A stretch of DNA of 64,000 bases from Myxococcota bacterium (GCA_028289325.1 JANQQN010000190.1:2275-66274); one strand, 5' to 3'. Counted from the first letter of the stretch, positions 8,313 through 20,716 are shown. A program made the numbers and translations. Notes: generated by a model from the sequence alone, not told the origin.

Positions 8313-11300
8313 GTGGTGGAAGATGAGGGCCGAACCGGCCTCCCGATCGTCGGCATCGGTGCGTCCGCGGGAGGTCTCGAAGCCATCGAGGCGTTCTTCT
8401 CGGACCTCCCGGAGAAGACGGGCTTCGCGTTCGTCGTTATTCAACACCTGTCACCGGACTTCAAGAGCTACATGACGGAGATCCTGTCTCGGAAGACCCG
8501 GTTCAAGGTGGTCGCGGCCGAAGACCAGCTGATCGTGGAGCCCGACACGGTCTACATGCTCCAGCCCAACAACAACCTGGTGGTCAGCAACGGGCGGCTC
8601 ATCGTTCAGTACGTCGAAAGGTCCCGCGTCCCCAACAAGCCCATCGATCTGTTCTTTCACTCCCTCTCTCAAGAAAAAGGCGCCGAGGCCATCGGCGTCA
8701 TTCTCTCCGGAACGGGCAGCGACGGCGCACTCGGGGTCAAGACCATTCACGAGTCGGGAGGCTTGGTGCTCGTGGAGGCCCCGGAAGCGGCGGCCTTCGA
8801 CGGCATGCCCGAGGCGGCGATCGCGACCAACTCCGTCGACTACATCGGCGAACCGGCCGAGCTCGCGAAGTGGATTCTTCAGAACCGGCGTCGGGTGGAA
8901 CCGGTCGTTCAGCCGGATTCCGAAGAGGTGGTGGTGCCCCGCCGCGAGATCCTCGAGCACATCGAGAAGCGGTACGACGTCGACTTCTCCAAGTACAAGA
9001 TGGGGACCGTCGGCCGTCGGATCGACAAGCGGATGCAGCTGCTCGGGATCAAGAGCCTCGCCGACTACAAAAGATACATCGAGCAGGAGCCGAGGGAGAT
9101 ATCCGAGCTCTATTATCAGATCCTGATCGGGGTCACGCAGTTCTTTCGAGACCCCGACGCGTTCTCGTCGCTGGAGACGGCCGTCCTTCCTCAGATGATC
9201 GGGTCCAAAAAAGATGGCGCCGAACTGCGGGTGTGGGTCCCGGGCTGCGCGTCGGGCGAGGAGGCGTACAGCCTGGCCATCGTGATCGCGGACTTCCTGG
9301 CCCAGAAGAAGCGGCGGCTTAACTGGAAGATCTTCGCCACCGATATCGACGACGAAAACCTCGCTCGCGCCAACGAAGGCGTGTATGCCCCCGAGGCCCT
9401 CTCCGCGGTCGAGGAACTTCATCTGCAGCGCTACTTCGCAAGGACCGGGAACCACTACCAGGTCAGCCCGGAGATCCGCAGCCACATCGTGTTCGCGCGC
9501 CACAATCTCCTGCGGGATCCGCCGTTCACCAAGCTCGATCTCGTGAGCTGTCGAAACCTTCTCATCTATTTCGGCGACGACGCTCAGCGTACGGTGCTGA
9601 GCCTGATCTATTTCGCGCTCAACCCCAACGGGTTCCTATTCCTCGGCCCCAGCGAGTCGCTCGGGCGATCCGAACCCGCGTACAACGTCGTGAACGCTCG
9701 GTGGAAGCTGTTCTCGAAGATTAAAGACGCATGGCGCCAGATCGACGAACAGCCTCTGCCGCTCGCCCCGCCCAAGCGAGGTGAGAATCGGGTGGTGACC
9801 AGCCGGCTGCTGACCGAGCGAAAGCAGCGGCTCGATATCAACGTCGGGCTCGAGCAGCTGCTGCAAGCCTACGTCCCCCCGAGCTTCCTGGTGAGCAACG
9901 ACCTCGACATCGTGCACAGCTTCGGCGACGCAGGGCGGTTCCTGCAGGTCCGGCCGGGGGCGGCGGAGCTCAATTTGCGTCGCTTCGTCGATAAGCGGTT
10001 GGCCGACGTGTTGTCCGTCTCCGTGAAGCGCGCCGACAGCTCCCAGGAGCCGGTCGCGGTGCACGGGGCCACGACCGCCATTCAAGGTACCGACGTCAAC
10101 GTTGACGTCACGGTTCGACCGTTGAAGCGCGAAGATAACGCGCGAACGGGGCTGCTGTTGGTCACGTTCACCGAGTCGACCCGAGAGCCCGTCGGTCTGC
10201 CCGAGGCCGCGTCGGCGGTGACCGTCTCCGATTCGTCGGAGAGCTTAGCCACGCTCGAGCAGGAGCTGCAGCTGACCCGAGAAAGCCTGCAAACGACGAT
10301 CGAGGAGCTCGAAACGACCAACGAGGAGCTTCAGTCGACCAATGAGGAGCTGCTCGCTTCGAACGAAGAGCTCCAGTCGACGAACGAAGAGCTCCACTCG
10401 GTCAACGAGGAGCTGTACACCGTCAACACCGAGCACCAGCGCAAGATCGAGGAGCTGACCCAGATGACCCGCGACGAGGAGAACCTCCTGCGGGCCACGG
10501 AGATCGGGACGATCTTCCTCGACAGCGAGCTCCGCATCCGCAAGTACACCCCGGCCGCGGCGAAGGCCTTTCACTTGTTGCCCCCCGACGTCGGCCGGCC
10601 CATCGAGCACATCAACCACACGATCCACCACGACCACCTGGTGGGCTTGGCGCGGGACGTCTTGACGTCGGGCAAGCCGGTCGAAAAGGAGGTCGAGAGC
10701 GACGCCGGGATCCAGTACCTCATGCGCCTGCTGCCGTACTTCGCGGACAAGTCGGTGCAGGGGGTAGTGATCAGCTTCATCGACGTCACCGCGATGAGCG
10801 AAGCCGAACGTCGCCTGCGGGAGAAAAACGAAGAGCTCGAGAAGCAACGAAACTTCCTCTCCAGTCTTCAGGAGGCCATCAACGACGGATTCTGGGACTG
10901 GCACGTGCAAAACGACTATGAGTACATGTCGCCGACCTTCTGGCGAATGCTCGGGTACTCTCCGTCCGAAAAACGCCATCATCCCTCGGAGTGGCAGAAG
11001 CTGATCGACCCCGCAGATCTCGGGGCCGTCCTCGGGGTCGTCGAACGCCACGTCGAGACCAAAGGCGAGATGCCCTACGAGCTCGATGTCCGTTTTCGGC
11101 ACAAAGACGGCTCGTGGGTGTACGTGCGGCGCCGCGGGCGAGTGGTCGAATGGGACGACGAAGGAAGTCCGATGCGAATGGTCGGGACCCATACGAACAT
11201 CACGTCTTTGCGCAAGATGAACGAGCGACATCAGCTGGTGGCGGAGGGCGCGAGCGTCGGGATATGGGACTGGATGGACGTCGGCCGCGATGAGCAGGTC

Positions 11301-12344
11301 TGGACGCCCCGGCTTTTCGAGGTCATCGGTTATGAGGTCGGAGATCTCGAGCCGTCCTACTCGACGCTCACGGAGCTCATTCATCCCGACGATCGAGACC
11401 GGGTGACGGACGCGATCCGGGCCCACCTCGATCGAAACGAGCGATTGGATATCGAGTTTCGACTCAAGACCAAAGACCACGGCTACCGCTGGATGCGCGG
11501 GACGGGTCGGGCGTCCCGAGATTCGATGAGCAAGGCTCGCCGGATGGTGGGATCCATTCAGGACAATCACGCGATCCGGTTGGCCCAAGATGAGCTGAAG
11601 CGCTCGAACGAGGACCTTCGCCAGTTCGCGTACGCCGCCAGTCACGATCTGCAGGCCCCATTGCGTCACATCGGGGCCTACACGCAGCTGCTGGAGAAGA
11701 GCATCGGGGACCGTTTGGAGGGCGACGAGCGCCAGTTCATGGACTACGTTCAGCGGGGCGTCGACCACATGAAGGCCCTCATTCAAGGGCTGCTCAAGTT
11801 TTCTCGGCTCGAACGAGAGTCTCCGGTCCACGAGCCGGTGCCGCTCGACGATATTCTCCGTGACGTCGAACGGGCCGTCCGCGAAGGGGTGCCTGACGGT
11901 TCGGCCAAGGTCACGATCGGAAGCCTGCCTACGGTCATGGGGGACCGAACGCTGTTGACCCAGCTCTTCCAGAACCTGATCGACAACGCGGTGAAGTTCC
12001 GGGACCCGAGCCGTCCGTTGACCATCGAGGTCGTGGCCGTCGACCACGACGAAGGGATGGCGGTTCAGGTTCGCGACAACGGCATCGGCATCGACCCCGC
12101 GCACCACGCCCAAGTCTTCGAGATCTTTCGGCGGCTGAAGCGAATATCGGCGCCGGGGACCGGAATCGGTCTCGCGGTGGTCAAGAAGATCGTCGACCGT
12201 CTGGGAGCTCGTATCGCCGTCGAGTCCGCGGTCGGCGAAGGCGCGATGTTCTCGGTGATCTTTCCGATGGGCTCCGTGCCCGCGCGCCGGCCATCCGGGC
12301 AAGCACCCATGAACGGCGCGCATCCCCCCCCGCCCGGAGCCTAG
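8313..12344 (+). CDS. CheB methylesterase-CheR methyltransferase fusion with coiled coil, PAS repeats and HisKA/HATPase kinase core
   Basis: 1343 aa. The N-terminal CheB catalytic domain ([14 protein letters not shown]) has no REC domain. It is followed by a CheR SAM-methyltransferase ([17 protein letters not shown]...CRNLLIYF), heptad repeats ([12 protein letters not shown] x4), PAS blocks, an H-box ([10 protein letters not shown]) and G-boxes (DNGIGI, GTGIGLA). Confidence 0.9.
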   Translation: MVEDEGRTGLPIVGIGASAGGLEAIEAFFSDLPEKTGFAFVVIQHLSPDFKSYMTEILSRKTRFKVVAAEDQLIVEPDTVYMLQPNNNLVVSNGRLIVQYVERSRVPNKPIDLFFHSLSQEKGAEAIGVILSGTGSDGALGVKTIHESGGLVLVEAPEAAAFDGMPEAAIATNSVDYIGEPAELAKWILQNRRRVEPVVQPDSEEVVVPRREILEHIEKRYDVDFSKYKMGTVGRRIDKRMQLLGIKSLADYKRYIEQEPREISELYYQILIGVTQFFRDPDAFSSLETAVLPQMIGSKKDGAELRVWVPGCASGEEAYSLAIVIADFLAQKKRRLNWKIFATDIDDENLARANEGVYAPEALSAVEELHLQRYFARTGNHYQVSPEIRSHIVFARHNLLRDPPFTKLDLVSCRNLLIYFGDDAQRTVLSLIYFALNPNGFLFLGPSESLGRSEPAYNVVNARWKLFSKIKDAWRQIDEQPLPLAPPKRGENRVVTSRLLTERKQRLDINVGLEQLLQAYVPPSFLVSNDLDIVHSFGDAGRFLQVRPGAAELNLRRFVDKRLADVLSVSVKRADSSQEPVAVHGATTAIQGTDVNVDVTVRPLKREDNARTGLLLVTFTESTREPVGLPEAASAVTVSDSSESLATLEQELQLTRESLQTTIEELETTNEELQSTNEELLASNEELQSTNEELHSVNEELYTVNTEHQRKIEELTQMTRDEENLLRATEIGTIFLDSELRIRKYTPAAAKAFHLLPPDVGRPIEHINHTIHHDHLVGLARDVLTSGKPVEKEVESDAGIQYLMRLLPYFADKSVQGVVISFIDVTAMSEAERRLREKNEELEKQRNFLSSLQEAINDGFWDWHVQNDYEYMSPTFWRMLGYSPSEKRHHPSEWQKLIDPADLGAVLGVVERHVETKGEMPYELDVRFRHKDGSWVYVRRRGRVVEWDDEGSPMRMVGTHTNITSLRKMNERHQLVAEGASVGIWDWMDVGRDEQVWTPRLFEVIGYEVGDLEPSYSTLTELIHPDDRDRVTDAIRAHLDRNERLDIEFRLKTKDHGYRWMRGTGRASRDSMSKARRMVGSIQDNHAIRLAQDELKRSNEDLRQFAYAASHDLQAPLRHIGAYTQLLEKSIGDRLEGDERQFMDYVQRGVDHMKALIQGLLKFSRLERESPVHEPVPLDDILRDVERAVREGVPDGSAKVTIGSLPTVMGDRTLLTQLFQNLIDNAVKFRDPSRPLTIEVVAVDHDEGMAVQVRDNGIGIDPAHHAQVFEIFRRLKRISAPGTGIGLAVVKKIVDRLGARIAVESAVGEGAMFSVIFPMGSVPARRPSGQAPMNGAHPPPPGA

Positions 12345-12453
12345 TTCTTCCGGATCTCGACCGCATAGTCGAATGACTCATCCGTATTGAACAGCTCGGG
12401 AACAGACGCGACGACGAACGAGACTTCCTTTTCGGACTCCGTAACCATGATTG

Positions 12454-15153
12454 TCACGGTTCCGTTGAGTAGCCGTGCTTGACCAACCACTTGCCCACTT
12501 CTTCCTCCTCTCGCGTCAGACGCCGTTGCCGGTAGTGGACCATGGCCGAACGAGCGACCTCTTCCGCGCGCTTGCGGTTGTTCGCTTCGTGCAGGGCTCG
12601 GGCGAGCGCAAACTCGGCGCTCGCGTGATATCGAAGGTCACTCGCTTCGCTCTTGGAGATCTCCACTGCGCGTTCGAGGTGTTCTATTGCCGCCGTAACG
12701 TCACCCTGAGCGAGATCGACTTCGCCCAGGCCTCTCAGGGGAAAAGACAGATTGAAGTGATCGTCGCCCAGGCTTTCGCTCCAGACCGCGAGGCTGCGCA
12801 GATACCGCTCTTTGGCCAGCGAGAGATTACCGTATCGTCTCGCTAGGTCTCCCAGGTTGAAGAACAGCCCTCCCATCTGAAGGGTCTTTCCCCGCTTGGA
12901 CTGAGCCAAGATGTCTTGCGCGATTTCGAAGCTGTGTTCCGCCTCCTTCCACGATTCGAGGTTGAGCAAGACGGCGCCGACGTTTTGGTGGGCGCCGACC
13001 ATACGGAAGTGGCGCGGACCATATGTTGCGCTCCGAAGCTCCACTGCGCGTCGGTAGTACACCAGCGCTTCTTGGAACCGTGACTCGGCGACCAAGCTGG
13101 TCCCGAGATCCATCGTGACGTTGCCGAGCTCGGGGTGAGTCTCGTCGTAGTGGCGTCGAAAGATGGCTTCCGCCGCCCGCAGGTAGGTTTGCGCCTTCTT
13201 GGCATTGCCCATGAACGCTTCCAGCTTGCCGCGACGGGCCAGCCACCGGGCTTCGCGTGGACCATCCGCATCCCGAAGACGAGCCAAGCTTTGAGCGGTG
13301 ACACTCCACTGAAGTGCCAGCTCGGGCTTTGCCAAGAAATGGCCGACGACCCACATGAGCTCGCAGCTCGCATCGGCGGCCGCATCTAGGTGATTGGCTT
13401 CCATCGCGATGGTGTACGCTCGCTGAAACGCTTCTGCGGACTCTGCGTACCTTTCTGCTTGAAGGAGATATCTGCCCCGCAGAAGCTGCGCTTCCGCTTT
13501 CACTGGAGGGTGTCCCGACGCGTCGGCGGCCTCCACGGCGCCTCTGCTTGCCGTCAACCCCTCATTCCAGGCCCCGAGGTCGAACTGGGCGCGGATTCGG
13601 CCCAAGGTCTGTCGGACGCTCGCGACGGTGTCGGCGGCGGTGGACGTCTCCAGGGGCGCGACCGCGCGTAGCGCGGCCCCATCTCGACAATGACGGAGGG
13701 AGAGTCCGGACACGAGGTCTGGTGCTCGCTCGACGACGTCTTGAGTCGCGGTTCGCAGCAGCTGCGTGGCCGCACGAAATCGTTCCTTCTTTTGCTGAAG
13801 ACACGCCGTGCGCAGAGAATGAATGTGCTCGGGCTGCTCGTGGCGAACCCGAGTCGCCAGACACGACTCGACATGCATGTTCTGCCAGGACGAGACGAAC
13901 GCATCGAGACGAGGCATGACGATCGACCACGTGTCCTCCGCGTACTCGAGACCTGTCGCTCGAAAAGCCTCTTGAATGCTGGTCTTCGTCGCCGCAGACC
14001 ACACGCCGTCAAACGAATCGCTCGGGGCGGGGCATGGGGCTTCGAGGGAGACGAACAGCGCGCTCAAGATCACCACGCCCGCCGCGGCGGCCGAAAAGCC
14101 CACGGTCCGATACCACGGTCGCTCCGCGGTCGCATTTTCCAAAACGGTGATCAGATCCCGCATCGACGCAAATCTTTGGTCGGGATCGATCGACAGACCG
14201 CGTTTGAGCAGGGCCTTAACCGCGCGTGGGACGCCGCGCGGCAGTTCGGGCAGCTCGAGACGGCCTTCGGCCACATTCTTGCGGAGCTCCCGGTAGCTTT
14301 TGCCTGCGAAGGGACGCTGTCCGTATATGGCCTCGAACAGGGTCACGCAGAACGAGAATTGATCGGTCCGGCTATCCGTCGTCCCGTCCTTCAGCTGCTC
14401 GGGAGCCATGTAGGCGGGCGTTCCGACGCACGCACCATCTTCCGTATGGGTATCGAACGGTGAAGGAGATGAAGGCAGCTCGTTCGACGACGGAACGGCG
14501 CTGTCGCCGATCGATCTGACCAAACCGAAGTCGATAACCTTTGTTTGCCCGTCATCGCTGAGCATCAGGTTGTCGGGCTTGAAGTCGCGGTGCACCAGCC
14601 CGGCGTCGTGGGCAGCCGCCAGCCCTGCCGCCGCCTGCAGCAACACCTTTCGAATGCTGCTCCAGTCCATCCGAGGGCGCTCGGAAAGCCATTGCCTCAG
14701 GTTCTTACCCGGCATGTACTCCATCGCGATGGCGACTTCGACGCCAGGAAGGGTGTGGACACCGTAAATCGTGATGACGTTCGGGTGGTTCAGACGAGCC
14801 ATGGCCTTCGCCTCGCGAAGGATACGGATCGATGAGGCCTCGTCGACGCGGCGGACGACCTTCAGTGCGACCCGACGTTCGAGCGAGAGGTCGTAGGCCG
14901 CGTAGATGACCCCCATTGCGCCCGACCCGACCTCCTCGAGAATCGTATAGTTGGCGATCTTCTCGGGGGCCGCTCGGCTGGCGCGAGCAGCCGTCGGCAC
15001 TGCGCTTTCGCCGCGTCCCGAGGTGAGGGCGAGCAAAAACTCCATGCACGCGCTGCAAACGCCGACATGAGCCTCAAGTTCGCGCTTGGTTGCGGTTGAG
15101 AGAGTATCGGCATGGTAGGCGAGCGCTTCGCCTTCGTCGAGGCAACCCCGCAT
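12454..15153 (-). CDS. Ser/Thr protein kinase with N-terminal zf-HC2-like motif, one TM segment and C-terminal TPR region
   Basis: 899 aa. N-terminal motif HVGVCSACMEF. Hanks kinase motifs GSGAMGVIY, HRDFKPDN, DFGL and GTPAYMAPE. TM segment VGFSAAAAGVVILSALFV, then TPR-like repeats. Confidence 0.85.
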   Translation of the reverse strand: MRGCLDEGEALAYHADTLSTATKRELEAHVGVCSACMEFLLALTSGRGESAVPTAARASRAAPEKIANYTILEEVGSGAMGVIYAAYDLSLERRVALKVVRRVDEASSIRILREAKAMARLNHPNVITIYGVHTLPGVEVAIAMEYMPGKNLRQWLSERPRMDWSSIRKVLLQAAAGLAAAHDAGLVHRDFKPDNLMLSDDGQTKVIDFGLVRSIGDSAVPSSNELPSSPSPFDTHTEDGACVGTPAYMAPEQLKDGTTDSRTDQFSFCVTLFEAIYGQRPFAGKSYRELRKNVAEGRLELPELPRGVPRAVKALLKRGLSIDPDQRFASMRDLITVLENATAERPWYRTVGFSAAAAGVVILSALFVSLEAPCPAPSDSFDGVWSAATKTSIQEAFRATGLEYAEDTWSIVMPRLDAFVSSWQNMHVESCLATRVRHEQPEHIHSLRTACLQQKKERFRAATQLLRTATQDVVERAPDLVSGLSLRHCRDGAALRAVAPLETSTAADTVASVRQTLGRIRAQFDLGAWNEGLTASRGAVEAADASGHPPVKAEAQLLRGRYLLQAERYAESAEAFQRAYTIAMEANHLDAAADASCELMWVVGHFLAKPELALQWSVTAQSLARLRDADGPREARWLARRGKLEAFMGNAKKAQTYLRAAEAIFRRHYDETHPELGNVTMDLGTSLVAESRFQEALVYYRRAVELRSATYGPRHFRMVGAHQNVGAVLLNLESWKEAEHSFEIAQDILAQSKRGKTLQMGGLFFNLGDLARRYGNLSLAKERYLRSLAVWSESLGDDHFNLSFPLRGLGEVDLAQGDVTAAIEHLERAVEISKSEASDLRYHASAEFALARALHEANNRKRAEEVARSAMVHYRQRRLTREEEEVGKWLVKHGYSTEP

Positions 15154-15441
15154 CTCGCCTCCGTCGGAACGGGCTTCCTACGCCCTTGCCCCCACAATCG
15201 CATCTGCGCTTACAAAACGCCACCCAATCGACGTAGGCCCGGGCGCTGTCGCGGATTTTTGGCTCGCTGGTCCAACAGGGGCATGACGCGCGCTTCGTGG
15301 CCACGTGACGCGTCGTCCGGCGGGATTGGGCGCTGGTCTCGGCGACCTGATTCGGCGCAGGGGACGTCGGCTCGGCGGAGGATCGACGTCCGGCCTCGCC
15401 TCGTCCTAAATGTCCAGCCGGTTGCTCCGAATGACCAAGAT

Positions 15442-16017
15442 ATGACCGACGCCGCCGTCGAGCGACAAGGCGCCTCCTCGCCGACTCCTCGCCAGTACCT
15501 GACCTTCGTTCTCGCCGACGAGGTCTTTGCGCTCGAGATCGAACGGGTGCGGGAAGTCCTCGAGGTCACGGCCATCACGCGAGTCCCCCGCTCGCCTGAC
15601 TTTGTGCGAGGGGTCATCAATCTGCGAGGGGCGGTGGTCCCGATCATCGACCTCCGCCACAAACTGGAGCTCGGGGCCACCGACATGACCGTCGACACCT
15701 GCATCGTCATCGTGGAGGTCACGATCGATCGCCAGCGCCAGGTGGTTGGGGTCCTCGCGGACTCGGTCAAGGAAGTCGTCGACCTATCCAACGAGCAGAT
15801 CGACTCGCCCCCGCAGATGGGCGCCAGCATCGATAGTACGTTTCTCGCCGGCATGTGCCGATCTGGCGATCGCTTCACGATGCTCCTGGACATCGACGCC
15901 GCCTTCTCGAAGGACGAGCTGCAAAAGCTCCAGGCTCACGATGAACCGTCGGACGCCCGCTCGGTCGCGGGCGCCGATGCCGCCGTTTCCGATGAGGCGA
16001 CGGTGTCCTGCGCTTGA
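15442..16017 (+). CDS. cheW: chemotaxis coupling protein CheW
   Basis: Start set to the internal ATG 15442 of ORF 15112..16017. Motifs YLTFVLADEVFALEI..V.EV, VPRSPDFVRGVINLRGAVVPIIDLR. Confidence 0.85.
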   Translation: MTDAAVERQGASSPTPRQYLTFVLADEVFALEIERVREVLEVTAITRVPRSPDFVRGVINLRGAVVPIIDLRHKLELGATDMTVDTCIVIVEVTIDRQRQVVGVLADSVKEVVDLSNEQIDSPPQMGASIDSTFLAGMCRSGDRFTMLLDIDAAFSKDELQKLQAHDEPSDARSVAGADAAVSDEATVSCA

Positions 16018-16877
16018 TGTCCTGGCCGAAGTCCGGTCGCTCGGACGTGCTCGATCCTACCGAAGCGGAGCTCAGCCCGAAGAGCTTTGCCGTCATCGCC
16101 GGCTTCATGCGGCGCGTGTGTGGGGTGACCCTTCCCGAAAACAAGCGGTTCATGGTGCAGACGCGGCTGCACAAGCGTCTGGGCGCCGCTGCTTGCACCT
16201 CGTTCGAGGCGTACATCGAGCATGCGTTCGGCGGGAGCGGCAACGCGGAGGAACAGGCCGAGCTGATCCATGTCTTGACCACTCACAAGACCGACTTCTT
16301 TCGTGAGCCTTACCATTTCGAGCTGCTGAGGCGATGGGTGGTCGATACCTACGCCCCTGGGGCGCGCCGGCCGGTCAGGATTTGGAGCGCGGCGTGCTCG
16401 ACGGGGGAGGAGCCCTATTCGATCGCGATGTCGCTCATGAACGTGCCGGGGGTCGACTTCAAAGTGCTCGCGACCGACGTGTCGGCCTCGGTTCTTCAGG
16501 CCGCGAAGGCAGGGGTCTACGACCAGCACCAGGTCGCGCCGATCCCCCCCGAGCTTCGTCAGCGATATCTTCGCCCCGTCGACGGCCGCCGCGACCAGGT
16601 GCAGATCGCCCGCGAGATCCAAGGCAAGGTGCGTTTCGCGTCCCTCAATCTCAATCTGTCGAGCTATCCTATTCGGCCTCAGGCCGACGTAGTGTTTTGT
16701 CGCAACGTCCTCATCTATTTCGATCGTTTCACGCAGATCAATGTGTTGCGCCGTATCTTGGCCGTGTTGGCTCCAGGAGGAATCCTGCTCCTCGGACACT
16801 CGGAGAGCATTCAAGGCATGGCGCTACCGCTGCGAGGCGTAGGGGTCACCGCCTACGAGCACTGTCCAACCCGGTGA
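16017..16877 (+). CDS. cheR: chemotaxis protein methyltransferase CheR
   Basis: ATG 16017 overlaps the cheW stop (TGATG). Motifs FFREPYHFE, IWSAACSTGEEPYSIAM and FCRNVLIYFD. Confidence 0.85.
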   Translation: MSWPKSGRSDVLDPTEAELSPKSFAVIAGFMRRVCGVTLPENKRFMVQTRLHKRLGAAACTSFEAYIEHAFGGSGNAEEQAELIHVLTTHKTDFFREPYHFELLRRWVVDTYAPGARRPVRIWSAACSTGEEPYSIAMSLMNVPGVDFKVLATDVSASVLQAAKAGVYDQHQVAPIPPELRQRYLRPVDGRRDQVQIAREIQGKVRFASLNLNLSSYPIRPQADVVFCRNVLIYFDRFTQINVLRRILAVLAPGGILLLGHSESIQGMALPLRGVGVTAYEHCPTR

Positions 16878-17025
16878 CCTCGAAGGTCATGTCGCCGACG
16901 GGCGGGGGTTGATGCTTCGCGCTTGTGCATTCGATCCGGGGCGCGCGTCCGCCGGCCAAGGCGTCATTTGTTTCTAGTGGCGGCCCGGTAACCGATAAGC
17001 AGGATCAGCAGCGGCGGAGATCGCA

Positions 17026-19023
17026 ATGGCGAATACAATGTCACTACGAACGAAGCTCCTTTTCGGCTCTGGAACCATCCTCCTTCTCCTCGTGGTCATT
17101 GGCTGGGTGGCCTACGGTGCGCTGACCAACGCGTCGAAGGGCTTCACCGAGTACCGAAAATTCGCTCGCGACTCGAACCTGATGGGCAAGGCCCAAGCGA
17201 GCATGCTCCAGGCCGGGATGAGCGTGAAGAACTACGTGATCCTGAGGACCGAGGCCTCGCGACAGGGCTTTCGGAGTGAGAGCCGTGCCTTCGCTGAGCT
17301 CATGCAGCGAGCCCAACACGAGATTTCGGATCCCGAGCAGGCGAAGCTGATCGATGCGGCCGAAACGGCCAAGGCTCGGTACGACGCGGCCTTTCACGAG
17401 GTCGAGAAGCTCGCCGAAATGCGTGACGACCAGTATCGGACCATCTCCCAACTCGGTAAGTCCGCCGTGAAGAAACTGGCGGCCATCAGGCAGTCCGCGC
17501 AAAAAGACAACGACCTCGAAGCGGCTCTCGAAGCCAGCATCACCATGAGGATGCTACTTCTCGTCCGAATGTACGTGATGAAGTACCTGGAGGAAAACGC
17601 GCAACGCAACATCGACCACGTGCAAGAAGAGTTGTCGGCGCTCGACGGCGGTCTTCTGGCGCTCGATCGAAGCCTGCAAGATCCGGATCGACGAAAGCTC
17701 CTCGCCGAGGTCCGTGGCGTTGTTGATAAGTACCGGAAGGTGTTCACGGCGCTCACCGAAACGATCGCCGGTCGCAACCGAGTGGTCGCTGATGAGCTCG
17801 GTCGAATCGGACCCGAGGTGGCCAACTACCTGGAACAAGTCAAGCTGTCGGTCATCAAGCAACAGGAGGCTCTGGGACCACGACTTCAGCACGAGAACGC
17901 GAACGCGGTGCAGATGATCGTGGCGCTGGGCATCGTCGCCTGGGTCGCCGGCTTGGCGGTGGTGTTTCTCACCGTCCGGTCGATCATTCGGCAGCTGGGT
18001 GTGGACCCCCAGCGGATCGCGCAAGTCGCCCAGTCCATCGCCGAAGGCGACCTTCGGCAGGACCTCGATGATGCCCACGGCGGCGTTTACGGCGACATGA
18101 AAGCGATGAACGACCGATTGTCGGACGTCGTGGGCGCGGTTCGCGAGACCTCCGAGAGCGTCGCCAGCGGGAGCATGGAGATGTCGTCATCGGCCGATGC
18201 CCTCGCCCAAGGCGCCACCACCCAGGCGGCGTCGGTGGAACAGGTGTCCGCCAGCGTCGAAGAGATGACCGCGAGCATCAAGGCTAACGCCGACAACGCG
18301 GACAAGACCCAGCAGATCGCCGAGAAGTCGGCGGCGGCGGCGGCGATGGGGGGCGAAGCCGTCACGCGGACGGTTTCGGCGATGAACGACATCGCCGAGA
18401 AGATATCGGTGATCGAAGAGATCTCTCGGCAGACCAACCTTCTCGCGCTCAACGCGGCCATCGAAGCGGCTCGCGCCGGCGAATACGGCAAGGGGTTCGC
18501 GGTCGTTGCGGCCGAGGTTCGACGGCTCGCCGAACGGGCGCAACAGGCGGCGTCGGAGATCGGAGAGCTTTCGACGTCCAGCGTTGACGTGGCCGAGGAG
18601 GCCGGCGCCCGGCTGTCGGAGCTCGTCCCTCAGATCAAGCGGACCGCAGACCTCGTGGACGAGATCTCGTCGTCCAGCCGTGAACAACGGGTGGGCGCAG
18701 AACAGGTGCATCTCGCGATTCAGCAGCTGGACAGCGTCATTCAGAGCAACGCGTCGGCGGCCGAGGAGATGGCGGCGACCTCCAGCGCGTTGTCTCGCCA
18801 GGCCAGTACGCTGAAGGAGACGATCCGGTTCTTCCGTGTGGATATCTCATCTCGGAAGCAAACGCGGGCGAGTCGGGTCCGCCACTCGCCGATCGCGGTG
18901 GCCCCGAAGCCTCGCCCCCCGGCCTCGGTGTCGCCGGCGGGCCCGGTCCACGTCGACCCGCCCCGCCCCGACGTGGCCCACGCTCGACTGCAGGCTGACC
19001 TGACGGACGACCTGACGTTCTGA
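17026..19023 (+). CDS. methyl-accepting chemotaxis protein (helical sensor, HAMP, MA domain)
   Basis: 665 aa with two TM segments, a HAMP domain and the conserved hairpin [41 protein letters not shown]. Confidence 0.9.
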   Translation: MANTMSLRTKLLFGSGTILLLLVVIGWVAYGALTNASKGFTEYRKFARDSNLMGKAQASMLQAGMSVKNYVILRTEASRQGFRSESRAFAELMQRAQHEISDPEQAKLIDAAETAKARYDAAFHEVEKLAEMRDDQYRTISQLGKSAVKKLAAIRQSAQKDNDLEAALEASITMRMLLLVRMYVMKYLEENAQRNIDHVQEELSALDGGLLALDRSLQDPDRRKLLAEVRGVVDKYRKVFTALTETIAGRNRVVADELGRIGPEVANYLEQVKLSVIKQQEALGPRLQHENANAVQMIVALGIVAWVAGLAVVFLTVRSIIRQLGVDPQRIAQVAQSIAEGDLRQDLDDAHGGVYGDMKAMNDRLSDVVGAVRETSESVASGSMEMSSSADALAQGATTQAASVEQVSASVEEMTASIKANADNADKTQQIAEKSAAAAAMGGEAVTRTVSAMNDIAEKISVIEEISRQTNLLALNAAIEAARAGEYGKGFAVVAAEVRRLAERAQQAASEIGELSTSSVDVAEEAGARLSELVPQIKRTADLVDEISSSSREQRVGAEQVHLAIQQLDSVIQSNASAAEEMAATSSALSRQASTLKETIRFFRVDISSRKQTRASRVRHSPIAVAPKPRPPASVSPAGPVHVDPPRPDVAHARLQADLTDDLTF

Positions 19024-19039
19024 GGGGGAGGTTTGTACG

Positions 19040-20605
19040 ATGCTTGAGGCCATTCGACGGTTCTCGGTTCGAAGTCGCTTCCTGCTGCTGGGCGTGCTGA
19101 CGGTCGTGACGGCGGCCGTGACCGCCTTCGCGTACGTCGGTGCCCTTCGCGACCTCGGGGATCTCGGCGCTCACCGGTCGGCCGACGTATTGGAGCACGG
19201 CCATCGCACGTGGATGAAGAACGCGACCCACGCTACGGCGACCTTGCTGGGACAGATCATCGCCGACGAACCCGATGCTGCGGCTCAAGACCGCAAGGTT
19301 CGAGAGCTGTTGAGCCCGGTGCGCTACGGCGCCAACGGCAGCGGGTACTTTTTTGCCTACCGGGGCACCATCGCGGTGTCCATCGCCACGAAACCACAGT
19401 TGGAAGGTAAGAATCTCGAGGGGGCCAAAGACGTCAACGGGGTCGAATTCATTCGATTGCTTCGCCGCGCGGCCTCCGAGGGCGGCGGATACGTCGACTA
19501 TGTGTTCAAGAAGCCCGGGGCCGGCGACACCCCCAAGCTCTCGTACGCGGAGCTGATCCCTGGAACCGACATCTGGGTGGGGACCGGGGTCTACGTCGAC
19601 GACGTGGCCAGCGAGGCGGCGGCGACCCGAAAGGTCCTCGCCGCTCGGGCCTCCGGCGCCTCGTGGAGTGCGGGGCTATCCGTCTTGCTGCTGCTGCTGT
19701 TGGTGATCCTTCCCTTGCAGATCTTGATGGTCCGAAGCATCACCGTTCCCCTGGCCGTGGCGCGGGACGCCGCGGGCCGCATTGCGCAAGGCGACCTTCG
19801 CCGGCCGCTCAACGATCCGGCCGCCGACGAGCTGGCGGGGATGTGCAACTCGCTGGGCGACACAGTTCGCGATCTCGGTGCTCTGTGCGGCGAGATTCAG
19901 GCCGGCGCCGACCACACGAGCCAGGCGAGTACGGAGTTTGCGGCGACCGCGGGGTCACTGGCGGATAACGCGACGCGACAGGCGGCGACCCACGAGCAGG
20001 TCGTGGCTTCGCTGCGAGGAATCCGAAGCCAGGCGAAGGCCGCCGCCGAATCCGCGGCCGAGAGCGAGACGGCCATGAAGGCGATGTCCGAGACGGCCAC
20101 CGACGCCGGTGCGCAGATGACGGACACGATGGAGTCGATCCGGACGATCAAAGCCGAGGTGGGCCGCGTCCAAGAGATCGCGCGCCAGACCAACATGCTC
20201 GCCCTCAATGCGGCCATCGAGGCCGCGCGGGCCGGGGAAGAGGGCCGAGGCTTTGCGGTGGTGGCCAACGACGTTCGGCGGCTGGCGGAGGCGAGTCACC
20301 GGACCGCGTCGCAGATCGGAGAGCTCGCCGCGCGCGGCAGCTCAAGAGTGGCCCGCTCGGGCGAGCTTGCCGCGCGACTGGTCGCCCAGGCGGCCGATGT
20401 CCGGTCGAGGGTCGGGGGAATGGCTAGGGATAGCCGAGCCCAGCAGCACGCGATCGACGAAGCGGGCGTGGCCCTCGACAATCTCGACGAGGTGGCCCAG
20501 CTCAATGCGTCGGCGGCGAGCCAGCTCTCCGCGTCAGCGGGGCATCTCGCGGATCGGGCGTCGGGTCTCGCGAGCGCGGCGGATCGTTTTCAGCTCGCGG
20601 ACTGA
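19040..20605 (+). CDS. methyl-accepting chemotaxis protein with single-Cache-like sensor
   Basis: GGGGAGG lies before the ATG. Cache-like block [10 protein letters not shown]...[12 protein letters not shown]...[19 protein letters not shown] hairpin [39 protein letters not shown]. Confidence 0.85.
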   Translation: MLEAIRRFSVRSRFLLLGVLTVVTAAVTAFAYVGALRDLGDLGAHRSADVLEHGHRTWMKNATHATATLLGQIIADEPDAAAQDRKVRELLSPVRYGANGSGYFFAYRGTIAVSIATKPQLEGKNLEGAKDVNGVEFIRLLRRAASEGGGYVDYVFKKPGAGDTPKLSYAELIPGTDIWVGTGVYVDDVASEAAATRKVLAARASGASWSAGLSVLLLLLLVILPLQILMVRSITVPLAVARDAAGRIAQGDLRRPLNDPAADELAGMCNSLGDTVRDLGALCGEIQAGADHTSQASTEFAATAGSLADNATRQAATHEQVVASLRGIRSQAKAAAESAAESETAMKAMSETATDAGAQMTDTMESIRTIKAEVGRVQEIARQTNMLALNAAIEAARAGEEGRGFAVVANDVRRLAEASHRTASQIGELAARGSSRVARSGELAARLVAQAADVRSRVGGMARDSRAQQHAIDEAGVALDNLDEVAQLNASAASQLSASAGHLADRASGLASAADRFQLAD

Positions 20606-20716
20606 CCATCGCACCCAGACCCGGGCAGGTTGACTTGCTCGGGACGGAAGTCGGTTCGTCGGTGCCTATGAGCCCGACACCTTGACTCGCTGCCCCGTCT
20701 TCCCAAGGTAGTCCGT

